From an uncultured Chloroflexia bacterium (GTDB lineage: Bacteria > Chloroflexota > Limnocylindria > Limnocylindrales > CSP1-4), in contig CAWHXD010000019.1 in the NCBI GenBank assembly GCA_963833225.1, positions 672,001 to 736,000 of the forward strand: DNA of 64,000 bases. Reading direction: 5' to 3'. The notes under the pieces are model-generated. The model saw only the letters and a program-made list of their open reading frames with translations. It made no database searches and was not told where the DNA came from. The position numbers and the translations under genes were made by a program. Shown here piece by piece: positions 10,437 through 18,820 of this stretch. Every line of letters begins with the position of its first letter. Position 1 is the stretch's first letter.

Positions 10437-11775
10437 CGGCACGCTGGTCGCCGACGCCCAGGGGGCCGAGCGCGAGTTCAATGTCCCGTACGTGACGCGG
10501 GTGGAGGGCGAAGGGACGCTGCTCCTCAAGGTCCACGGGCGCGAGGTCACCGAGGCGCGCCTCCGCATCTTCGAGGCGCCCCGCTACTTCGAGCGGCTGG
10601 TGGTGGGCAGGACCGGCGACGAGGTCATCGACATCGTGGCCCGGATCTGCGGGATCTGCCCCATCGCCTACCAGATGACCGCGGTCCATGCCTTCGAGGA
10701 CTGCTACGGCGTCACCGTGGACCCGGCGATCCGGGCGCTCCGCCGCCTGCTGTACTGCGGCGAGTTCATCCAGAGCCACGCGCTCCACGTGTACCTGCTG
10801 CACGCGCCCGACTACCTGGGGTACCCGTCCGCGCTGGCCATGGCCGTGGACCACCGCGCCGTGGTCGAGCAGGGGCTCGCCCTCAAGAAGGTGGGCAACC
10901 AGCTCATCTCGGCGCTGGGCGGGCGTCCGGTCCACCCGATCAGCGTGCGGATCGGCGGCTTCTCGCGCGTCCCGGCACGCAGGGACCTCGACGGGATCCG
11001 CCGGGCGCTTGACGACGCCGTGGCCTGGTCCGAAGCGACCGTGCGACTGGTGGCGTCCTGGGATCCGCCGGCGCTCGAGCATCCGCAGCCGCTGGTGGCG
11101 CTCCGCCATCCCGACGAGTACCCGTTCAACGAAGGGAGGATCGTGTCGTCGGACGGCCTCGACCTGGCCATCGGGGGCTGGGGCGACGCCTTCGAGGAGC
11201 TCCACGTCGAGGGCTCGAACGCGCTCCATGCGCGGACCCACGACGGGGCCGTGTACCTGCTCGGCCCCACGGCGCGGGTCACCCTCGCCGCGGACCAGCT
11301 GCATCCCCTCGCGGCGGAGGCCCTCGAGGCCACGGGCCTGCGCGATGCCATCCGGACCAACATCCACCGCTCCATCGTCGCGCGTGCCGTGGAGCTCCTC
11401 CACTCGTGCGCCGAGGCGCGCGACATCATCGACGGCTACCGGCCGCCGCGCGAGCCGCGCGTCCCGTTCACCCCGCGCGCCGGCATTGCCGCCTGGTCCA
11501 CCGAGGCCCCTCGCGGCCTCCTCCACCACCGCTATGAGGTGGATGCGCAGGGCTTTGTCACTCACGCCAAGATCGTGCCACCCACCAGCCAGAACCAGGG
11601 GGCCATCGAGGCCGACCTGGCGGCCTTCGCGCCGAGCATCCTCGACCTGCCCCATGAGCAGGCTGTCCATCAGCTAGAGATGCTGGTCCGGGCCTATGAC
11701 CCGTGCATCAGCTGTGCCACCCACTTCCTCGATCTCCGGATCGTGGAGGACGGGGCCGAGGAGAGGATCACATGA
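10423..11775 (+). CDS. Group 3b [NiFe]-hydrogenase large (alpha) subunit
   Basis: TRVEGEG, L1 RICGIC, EAPRG, L2 DPCISCATH plus cleavable C-terminal extension. Confidence 0.93.
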   Translation: MCAADGTLVADAQGAEREFNVPYVTRVEGEGTLLLKVHGREVTEARLRIFEAPRYFERLVVGRTGDEVIDIVARICGICPIAYQMTAVHAFEDCYGVTVDPAIRALRRLLYCGEFIQSHALHVYLLHAPDYLGYPSALAMAVDHRAVVEQGLALKKVGNQLISALGGRPVHPISVRIGGFSRVPARRDLDGIRRALDDAVAWSEATVRLVASWDPPALEHPQPLVALRHPDEYPFNEGRIVSSDGLDLAIGGWGDAFEELHVEGSNALHARTHDGAVYLLGPTARVTLAADQLHPLAAEALEATGLRDAIRTNIHRSIVARAVELLHSCAEARDIIDGYRPPREPRVPFTPRAGIAAWSTEAPRGLLHHRYEVDAQGFVTHAKIVPPTSQNQGAIEADLAAFAPSILDLPHEQAVHQLEMLVRAYDPCISCATHFLDLRIVEDGAEERIT

Positions 11776-12290
11776 CCCATCTCGCCCCACCCTCGGTGCG
11801 CCTGCTGGTCTGCGGCAACGCGGACCGGGGTGACGATGGAGCGGCGCTGTCCGCCGTCGCCACGCTCCTTCCGTCGTTGCCGTCGGCGCTCCTCGAGCGC
11901 CTCGAGGTGCGTCGATGCGGGCACCTGCGCGTGGAGGATCTCACCGACGTCCCGACCGGCGAGGTGACCGTGGTGGTGGACGCTGCCGTGGGGATCCCGC
12001 CGGGCCACGTGGTCAGCATGCCCATCAGCGAGATCCTCGCGGACCCGGCGTCACCCACGCCGCGCTCGTCCCACGAGCTGCCCATCGAGCAGGTGCTTGG
12101 ACTCGCGCAGGTGCTCCGTCCTGGCGGGCTTCCCGCGGGGACGTTCATCGGGATCGGAGGGCGGCGGTTTGGCTACGGGCGGCCGCTGTCACGCTCGGTC
12201 AGGCTCAACATGGAGCACTTCCAGGCCGCGATCGCGGCCGAGCTGGCCAAGCTGACCCACGTCTCCGAGGGCCCCCCGGCCTCGGGGTAG
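11772..12290 (+). CDS. Hydrogenase maturation endopeptidase
   Basis: CGNADRGDDGA, VVVDAA, SSHEL motifs; ATGA overlap with the large subunit. Confidence 0.85.
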   Translation: MTHLAPPSVRLLVCGNADRGDDGAALSAVATLLPSLPSALLERLEVRRCGHLRVEDLTDVPTGEVTVVVDAAVGIPPGHVVSMPISEILADPASPTPRSSHELPIEQVLGLAQVLRPGGLPAGTFIGIGGRRFGYGRPLSRSVRLNMEHFQAAIAAELAKLTHVSEGPPASG

Positions 12291-12310
12291 CGCGGCCGGG
12301 CTGACGCCCG

Positions 12311-12367
12311 GCGACCAACGGCACCGCGACCAACGGCACCGCGACCAACGGCACCGCGACCAACGGC
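12311..12367. repeat. Tandem repeat of the 15-bp unit GCGACCAACGGCACC, about 3.8 copies
   Basis: Units start at 12311, 12326, 12341 and 12356 (last partial). Confidence 0.95.
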
Positions 12368-12475
12368 CCTCGCCGTTCAGGACCCCTCGCCCTCCGGGTC
12401 GCCGGACAGGGAGGGGCACGCTACCCCTGTCCAGATCCCGTTGCGCCGGTCGGCCGGCACCATGGAGGAACCCCG

Positions 12476-12979
12476 GTGAGCGTCGTCCCGCCGCACACGC
12501 CGACGCTGGTCAGCGACGTGATGGTCGCCGAGCCCATCATGGTCCGGGTGGATTCGGGGTTGGCCGACGTCGCGAGGCTGCTGGAGCAGCACCAGATCTC
12601 CGGCGTGCCCGTGCTCGATGACGCCGGTGCGCTCGTCGGGGTGCTCAGCGAGTCGGACCTGCTCCGGGCTCGAGCCACCGCCTACCTGTGGGCCAACTGG
12701 CAGACGCTCCGCGTCAAGCACCTCATGACCACCCCCGCGCTCACGATCCGGGGCAGCGAGCCGCTCACCCTCGCCGCGCGACGGATGGAGCGCCACCACG
12801 TGAGCCGCCTGGTGGTCGTGGCCGACGAGGACGAGTCGCGGCCGATCGGGGTGATCGCGATCGCCGACCTCCTCAGGGTGATGGCGGACCTGGCCGGAGA
12901 TGCGCCCCCGGAGCCGATCGAGCCCGACGATCGCGCGGCGCCCATGGACATCGACGGCGTGGGGGATCGCGGCGACTGA
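12476..12979 (+). CDS. CBS-domain pair protein
   Basis: VSDVM...ISGVPVLD..G.LVGVLSESDLL and VKHLM...VSRLVVV...IGVIAIADLL; GGAGG RBS. Confidence 0.9.
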   Translation: MSVVPPHTPTLVSDVMVAEPIMVRVDSGLADVARLLEQHQISGVPVLDDAGALVGVLSESDLLRARATAYLWANWQTLRVKHLMTTPALTIRGSEPLTLAARRMERHHVSRLVVVADEDESRPIGVIAIADLLRVMADLAGDAPPEPIEPDDRAAPMDIDGVGDRGD

Positions 12980-13032
12980 GGCATGCCGTGACAGCCGGGG
13001 GCGAGTCGCCGGCTGCCGCCAGCGCCCTCGCC

Positions 13033-13584
13033 TCAGGCGATGACCTGCTCCAGGCCCACCTCGTAGCCCGCGTCGAACGCCGCGCCGTCCGCCTCGATCA
13101 TCTCGGGCCGCCTGGTCCCAAGCAGGACCGCGAGCGCCCGATGGACGCTCTCCCGCTCCACGAGGCACCCGCGGCCGACCAGGGCGCCGAGGGCCACGAT
13201 CGAGACCAGCTTGTCGTCACCGGCCTGCTTCGCGAGGGCCGTGCAGGGCACGTCCACGACATCGATGTCGTCGCGGCCCGCCTCGGCCTCGATGAGGGTG
13301 GTGTTCACCACCAGCACCCCGCCCACGGCGACCAGGGGCGCGTACTTCGCCAGCGACGGCGGGTTGAGCACCACGACGCCGTCGGCGCGATCGACGATCG
13401 GGGACCCGATGAGCTGGTCGGCCACGATGACCGTGCAGGACGCCGTGCCGCCGCGCATCTCGGGTCCATATGACGGGATCCAGAGCACCTCCCGGCCCTC
13501 GAGCAGGGCTGCCTCGGCGAGCACCTTGCCCGCGAACAGGATCCCCTGGCCACCAAACCCGGCGATGATCGTCGAGCGTTCCAT
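13033..13584 (-). CDS. 2-oxoacid:ferredoxin oxidoreductase gamma subunit
   Basis: IIAGFGGQG, PSYGPEMRGG motifs. Confidence 0.9.
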   Translation of the reverse strand: MERSTIIAGFGGQGILFAGKVLAEAALLEGREVLWIPSYGPEMRGGTASCTVIVADQLIGSPIVDRADGVVVLNPPSLAKYAPLVAVGGVLVVNTTLIEAEAGRDDIDVVDVPCTALAKQAGDDKLVSIVALGALVGRGCLVERESVHRALAVLLGTRRPEMIEADGAAFDAGYEVGLEQVIA

Positions 13585-13586
13585 CG

Positions 13587-14468
13587 TCACTCCTCCAGGC
13601 GGCCCATCGCCCGCTTGGCGGGCGGCCTGCGGGGAGCGGCGGCGGCGCAGCCGCCGGCCGCGGTGGTGCCCACCGGCCACGGCAGCGCCGGGGCGATGCC
13701 CTTGCCGCGGTCCACGAACGTTCCGACGGTGTATATGCGCATCACGTCGCCGACGAGGTGGGCCATCGCCTCCGACGGGGTCATGCCCCAGCCAACGGGA
13801 CAGGTGCTCAGGACCTCGACGATCGAGAAGCCCTTGCCTTCGAGCTGGACCTCGAAGGCCCGCTTGATGGCCTGCTTGGCCTTGCCCACCAGCCCGGGGT
13901 CGCCCACGCTGACGCGCGCGGCGTACTGCACGCCGGGCAGCAGCGAGAGCATCTCCGTCACCGGAAGGGGTGAGCCGGTGGTGGCGGTGTCACGCCCCAA
14001 CGGGCTCGACGACGTCTTCTGGCCGGGCAGCGTGGTCGGGGCCATCTGGCCACCGGTCATCCCGTAGATGCCGTTGTTGACGAAGATCGTGGTGAACCGC
14101 TCACCGCGGGCGGCGGCATGGACAATCTCGGCCGTGCCGATCGCGGCCAGGTCGCCATCGCCCTGGTAGCTGAACACGACCTTGTCCGGCTGGTAGCGCT
14201 TGACGCCGGTGGCGACGGCGGCCGCGCGGCCATGCGGTGACTCCACGGCATCGAGGCGCAGGTAGTCGTAGGCGAACACGGAGCAGCCGACGGAACCCAC
14301 CAGCAGCGTTCGGTCGCCGACCTCGAGCTCCCCGAGGACCTCGGCCAGGAGCCGGTGCACGATCCCGTGTCCACAGCCCGGGCAGTAGCTGGTGGTGTTG
14401 GTGAGCAGCGCCGGTCGTCGGTAGATCGTCCTGCCCTCGACCGCGGTGGAAACCTCGGGCGTGATCAT
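13587..14468 (-). CDS. 2-oxoacid:ferredoxin oxidoreductase beta (TPP-binding) subunit
   Basis: [34 protein letters not shown]. Confidence 0.92.
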   Translation of the reverse strand: MITPEVSTAVEGRTIYRRPALLTNTTSYCPGCGHGIVHRLLAEVLGELEVGDRTLLVGSVGCSVFAYDYLRLDAVESPHGRAAAVATGVKRYQPDKVVFSYQGDGDLAAIGTAEIVHAAARGERFTTIFVNNGIYGMTGGQMAPTTLPGQKTSSSPLGRDTATTGSPLPVTEMLSLLPGVQYAARVSVGDPGLVGKAKQAIKRAFEVQLEGKGFSIVEVLSTCPVGWGMTPSEAMAHLVGDVMRIYTVGTFVDRGKGIAPALPWPVGTTAAGGCAAAAPRRPPAKRAMGRLEE

Positions 14469-15655
14469 CGCTCGCCCTCCTCGCGCGCCGCCCGCGACCG
14501 GAACGGCCGGGCGGGTTCCGTCGTCGACCAGGCGCGCCTGGCGGCTGCCACCACCTCGTCCGGGCTGGGCACCATGCCGCCCATCCGTCCATGGTGGAGC
14601 ACCGGGACGGCTCCCTCGAGCGCGAGGCGGACGTCCTCCACCATCTGGCCGGCCGAAAGCTCGACGACCAGGACCGCCCGGTTGCCCCGTGCGGCCTCAC
14701 GGAGCGCCTCCGCCGGGAAGGGCCAGAGCGTGATCGGGCGGAACAGGCCGGCCCGGAGGCCCTGTTCGCGGGCCCGGGCAACCGCGGTCCGTGCCACCCT
14801 CGCCGCCGTGCCGTAGGCGACGAGCAGGACCTCCGCATCCTCCAGGTGCTCACCCGCCCAGCGGGTCTCGCGCGCCGCGATCCGGGCGTAGGTGGTCTGG
14901 AGATCCACGTTATGGCGCTCGAGGTCGTCCGGGAGGAGGTGGAGCGACTTGATCACCCGCGGTTCGCGGTCCCCGGCGCCCTCGATGGACCAGTCGGGGT
15001 GCTGTCGTTCGAGGGTGGGGAAGACCGGTTCGACGGGCTCCATGGCCTGGCCCAGGATCCCATCGGCGAGGATCATGACCGGTGTCCGGTAGCGCTCGGC
15101 CAGGGCGAAGGCGTCGCCCACGAGGCCAATCGCCTCGGCGATGGACGAGGGGGCCAGCACCGGCACGCGGTAGTCGCCGTGTCCGTGACCCTTGGTCGCC
15201 TGCAGGTAGTCGCCCTGGGAGGCGCCGATGCTGCCCAGCCCGGGACCGCCGCGCATCACGTTGACGAGCACGCAGGGCAGCCTGGAGCCCGCCATGTAGC
15301 TCATGCCCTCGGCCATCAGGCTGATGCCCGGGCTGGAGCTCGAGACGAGGACGCGAGCCCCGGCCGCGGCCGCGCCGAGCGCCATGTTGATCGCCGCGAG
15401 CTCGCTCTCGGCCTGGACGAAGACGCGGCCCTCCTCGGGCATCCGCCGGGCCATCCACTCGAGCAGCTCGGCCTGGGGCGTGATCGGGTATCCGAAGTAG
15501 GCGTCGCACCCCGCCGCGATGGCCGCCTCGGCGATGGCCTCGTTGCCCTTCATCAGGATCCGGGCGGGGTCGGCGGACGCCTCGCCGCCGGTCCCGGGCG
15601 GCGAGGCGACGAGGTGGGGGCGCTCGGCGCCCTCGGGACGGGCCACAGTGGGCAT
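14465..15655 (-). CDS. 2-oxoacid:ferredoxin oxidoreductase alpha subunit (Vor/ketoisovalerate type)
   Basis: [51 protein letters not shown]. Confidence 0.9.
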   Translation of the reverse strand: MPTVARPEGAERPHLVASPPGTGGEASADPARILMKGNEAIAEAAIAAGCDAYFGYPITPQAELLEWMARRMPEEGRVFVQAESELAAINMALGAAAAGARVLVSSSSPGISLMAEGMSYMAGSRLPCVLVNVMRGGPGLGSIGASQGDYLQATKGHGHGDYRVPVLAPSSIAEAIGLVGDAFALAERYRTPVMILADGILGQAMEPVEPVFPTLERQHPDWSIEGAGDREPRVIKSLHLLPDDLERHNVDLQTTYARIAARETRWAGEHLEDAEVLLVAYGTAARVARTAVARAREQGLRAGLFRPITLWPFPAEALREAARGNRAVLVVELSAGQMVEDVRLALEGAVPVLHHGRMGGMVPSPDEVVAAARRAWSTTEPARPFRSRAAREEGER

Positions 15656-15660
15656 GGGGA

Positions 15661-15945
15661 TCAGGCCTCCCTGGGCCGGGCGAACACCGTGAGGGCGGCG
15701 TCCGGACACATCCGGGCGCACTTCGCGCAGCTCGTGCACGCCTCGGGATGGATGAGCGTCACCGGGTGATGGCCCATCGCGTTGACCGCGACGGGATCAA
15801 GCGCCAGCGCACCGGGCTGGCAGGCATCGATGCACAGGCCGCAGCCCTTGCATCGTTCGTTCGCGACGAGGATGGGTCGGAACGAGGGAGATCCGCTCTG
15901 GCTCCGCCGAGGGGGAGTCTGCGTGAGCGGAGTGGACATGGCCAT
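15661..15945 (-). CDS. 2x[4Fe-4S] ferredoxin, oxidoreductase delta subunit
   Basis: [12 protein letters not shown] and [12 protein letters not shown]; GGAGG RBS. Confidence 0.88.
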   Translation of the reverse strand: MAMSTPLTQTPPRRSQSGSPSFRPILVANERCKGCGLCIDACQPGALALDPVAVNAMGHHPVTLIHPEACTSCAKCARMCPDAALTVFARPREA

Positions 15946-16063
15946 GCGACTTGGCACCTCCAGTGGATCGAGGATGGTCCGGGTTCCGGGCACGCGCGAG
16001 GGCCGAAACGTCATGACCAGCCGGGCCGGACATCCCCTCGACGGACGGCTCGCGGTTCCGTCC

Positions 16064-16520
16064 CTAGTCCGCCGCCACGCCCCGTCGAGGTGGCTCGTCG
16101 CCGGCGAGCGTCCGGACGCGGGCGACGAGCTTCCTGCTCCGTCAGGCGGTCCGCGGCGGCCGAGTGGATCTGCCGGCGCCGGCTGTGTCGCCGATCGTCC
16201 GCACGCAGCGTGCGCTCCAGGCGGCCGCGCAGCACCCCCGGTCCGACCACGGTGACGTCGTCGGTCGGCGGGACGCGATCCGCGACGTCCTCGACGAACA
16301 GGCGCAGGTCATCCCGGCGGGCGCGTTCGGCCATGTCGGTCCCACCGTCGCCGTGGCGACCAGACGTGGCCACGGGCCCCCGGCCTTCGTGGAATCCGTG
16401 ATCCCGTGCCTCCGACCGGACACGTTCCACGGTCGCCCGGTCTGCCCAGCGGACGATGATGGCTTCCTCGCTGTCGATCCAGACGAGGGTCGTGGCACCC
16501 TGGCCGATCTGCACGTGCAT
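16064..16520 (-). pseudogene. eRF1-domain/host-attachment-like protein (paralog 2) with an apparent 1-nt frameshift near 16131; uncorrected frame ends at 16011
   Basis: TLVWIDSEEAIIVRW ... VTVVGPG..R..LE ... DRLTEQE; removing one A gives LVARVRTLAGDEPPRRGVAAD-stop, which looks like the natural C-terminus. Confidence 0.55.
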
Positions 16521-16850
16521 GGACCGCTCCGATCCACGGGCCCATGCCAGGCCCGTCCTGCCGTCCGCTCCGCGGTTCCTCGACCGCCTGACGCGCAGCG
16601 GTCGCGCGATGTCCGAACACTCCCGAGGATGGCGCGCTCGGCTGGTTCCGGACAGAGGCAATCGGCGCTTGTGGGCGGCCCGATGGCCCCCACGCGCTCC
16701 GCAGGCTGGCCATGACAGGGCACGGTCGCAAGCTGACCCTCCGGCGCGAGCAGGAGCTTGTTCGCCATCTAGTCGGCTCGCGTGATGACCCGGGCCGCTC
16801 GACCCCCGCGGACTGTGCGGGGTCCCGGCCCGTCGTGACAACTGGCACTC

Positions 16851-16866
16851 ATGCGCATCTTCGCAT
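16851..16866. promoter_or_regulatory. Candidate ArsR autoregulatory operator ATGCG-N6-CGCAT
   Basis: Palindrome 18 nt upstream of the ArsR start in a locally AT-richer stretch. Confidence 0.45.
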
Positions 16867-16884
16867 ACAACGATGCTTGCACCC

Positions 16885-17229
16885 ATGGACGAGATCACGA
16901 TCCTGCAGGCAGAGATCCTGAAGACGCTCGCCAACCCGCGACGGCTGGAGATCCTCCATCGCCTTGCCGAGGGTCCGTGCGAGGTGGGCAAGCTCGCCGA
17001 GGAGCTCGGCGCCAGCCAGCCCAACGTTTCCCAGCACCTCGGCGTCCTGCGCGCCGCCGGACTCGTCGAATCCACCCGGGACGGTCGCGAGGTCCGCTAT
17101 CAGCTCACGGACATGGACGTCATCACGGCCTGTTCCGTCATGCGCGGCGTGCTCCAGCGCCGCCTCACCCGACTCGGCCGCCTGTCGCTCCACGACCAGG
17201 CCGCGAGCGAGCTCGTCGAGATCCAGTAG
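16885..17229 (+). CDS. ArsR/SmtB family transcriptional repressor
   Basis: LKTLANPRRLEIL, SQPNVSQHLGVLRAAGLV, R.GREVRY; two cysteines. Confidence 0.9.
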   Translation: MDEITILQAEILKTLANPRRLEILHRLAEGPCEVGKLAEELGASQPNVSQHLGVLRAAGLVESTRDGREVRYQLTDMDVITACSVMRGVLQRRLTRLGRLSLHDQAASELVEIQ

Positions 17230-17682
17230 ATGGCCCCGGCGGAGAGCAGCCCCAAGGAGGGCGCATTGGAAGAGCAACCGATCAACTTCGTCGTGTTCTC
17301 GGGCACGGACGACAAGCTGCAGGCCCTCGCGGTCATGACGGCCGGTGCCGCCGCCCTGGGCAAGCAGGTCAACATCTTCCTCCAGTACTGGGGCCTGGAC
17401 GCCTTCAGCAAGGCCAAGATCGACGCCGACCACGGGCTTGCCCCGGAGGCTGGTGCCGAGGGTCGCGCGAAGGTCGATGCCCTCGCCGCAGCCGGCCAGG
17501 CCAGCTGGGCCGAGACCCTTCGCCAGGCCAAGGAGCTGGGCGAGGTCGACATCCAGGCCTGCTCACTGTCCATGGACATCCTCGGTCTCGAGGAGTCCGA
17601 CCTCGATCCGCTCGTCGACGGCCTGGAGGGCGTGACCGCCTTCTACCTCAACGCCGGCGACGGCCAGATCGTCTTCATCTAG
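17230..17682 (+). CDS. DsrE/DsrF/DrsH-like sulfur-transfer protein
   Basis: FSGTDDK, IFLQYWGL, IQACSLSMD, C-terminal IVFI. Confidence 0.8.
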   Translation: MAPAESSPKEGALEEQPINFVVFSGTDDKLQALAVMTAGAAALGKQVNIFLQYWGLDAFSKAKIDADHGLAPEAGAEGRAKVDALAAAGQASWAETLRQAKELGEVDIQACSLSMDILGLEESDLDPLVDGLEGVTAFYLNAGDGQIVFI

Positions 17683-17697
17683 GAGGAACCAGCAACC

Positions 17698-17922
17698 ATG
17701 GCAGACGTCCAGGTCGACGCCCGCGGGCTCAACTGCCCGATGCCCATCGTCAAGACGGCCCAGGCCGTGAAGGCGATGGCCTCGGGGCAGACCGTCGAGG
17801 TCCTCGCGACCGATCCAGGTTCCGTCAAGGACTTCGCGGCGTGGTCCAAGACCACCGGCAATGACATCGTCGAGCAGGCGACCGACGGCGGCGTGTTCCG
17901 CTTCGTGATGATGAAGAAGTAG
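17698..17922 (+). CDS. tusA: TusA family sulfur carrier (1)
   Basis: DARGLNCPMP, VLATDPGSVKDFAAW; AGGAGG RBS. Confidence 0.9.
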   Translation: MADVQVDARGLNCPMPIVKTAQAVKAMASGQTVEVLATDPGSVKDFAAWSKTTGNDIVEQATDGGVFRFVMMKK

Positions 17923-17932
17923 GGTCGTAGCA

Positions 17933-18481
17933 ATGACGCTCGCCGAAGCCCCCGTGACCCCCGAGACGCTCCCCGTCCCGGAACCGGACAAGGAATCCGG
18001 GACCCGCAACAACGGGATCGCGATGATCTGTTACAGCGGCGACCTGGAGAAGACCTGGGCCGCCATGATCCTGGCCTCCACGGCCGGCGCGATGATGATG
18101 CCGACCAAGGTGTTCGTGACCTTCTGGGGCCTCCAGACCTTCGTGAAGCCCGAGAAGCGGATCACCGGCGACAACTGGATGCAGAAGATGCTGTCCATCA
18201 TGTCGCGCCCCGGCATCGCCCATCGCAAGCTGTCCAAGATGAACTTCCTGGGCATGGGCCCGTGGATGATGCGCAAGCTCGCCAAGCAGTACAACGTCGC
18301 GTCGCCGGCCGAGCTTCTCGAGATGGCCACCGCCATGGGCGTGGAGTTCATCCCGTGCCAGATGACGATGGACATGTTCGGCATCAAGCGCGAGGACCTC
18401 ATCGACGGCATGGGTGATCCCGTCGGTGCCGCGACCTACCTGGGCTACGTCGGCGACGGCGCCGCGCCCATCTTCATCTAG
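17933..18481 (+). CDS. DsrE2-like (DsrE/DrsH family) protein
   Basis: SGDLEK, FVTFWGL, LSKMNFLGMG, PCQMTMDMFGI, C-terminal IFI. Confidence 0.85.
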   Translation: MTLAEAPVTPETLPVPEPDKESGTRNNGIAMICYSGDLEKTWAAMILASTAGAMMMPTKVFVTFWGLQTFVKPEKRITGDNWMQKMLSIMSRPGIAHRKLSKMNFLGMGPWMMRKLAKQYNVASPAELLEMATAMGVEFIPCQMTMDMFGIKREDLIDGMGDPVGAATYLGYVGDGAAPIFI

Positions 18482-18567
18482 CGCCTCCCCGGGCGGGCGG
18501 CGCCCCCCGCTGCCCGCCCTCCCTCTCCATCGCGTCCCGAACCGCGCTCCGAAAGGACATCCCTGCC

Positions 18568-18816
18568 ATGACAGAGACGGCCCTCCCGCCCATCACGCTC
18601 ACGATCGACGCCCGCGGCAGCTTCTGCCCGGGACCGCTGATGGAGCTCATCCGAGGCATGAAGGAATCCGAGGTCGGCGACGTGATCGCGGTCCTGTCGA
18701 CCGACAAGGGCTCCAAGACCGATATCCCCAAGTGGGTCGGCAAGGCCGGCCACACGCTCGTCGGCGTGTTCACCCGCGATGACTTCGACGAGATCATCGT
18801 CGAGAAGGTCCGGTAG
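18568..18816 (+). CDS. tusA: TusA family sulfur carrier (2)
   Basis: DARGSFCPGPLMEL, LSTD.GS..DIPKW. Confidence 0.88.
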   Translation: MTETALPPITLTIDARGSFCPGPLMELIRGMKESEVGDVIAVLSTDKGSKTDIPKWVGKAGHTLVGVFTRDDFDEIIVEKVR

Positions 18817-18820
18817 CTCG

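Noticed and set aside
12311-12367. Possible CRISPR array
   Set aside because: 15-bp units are contiguous with no spacers, and no cas genes are present
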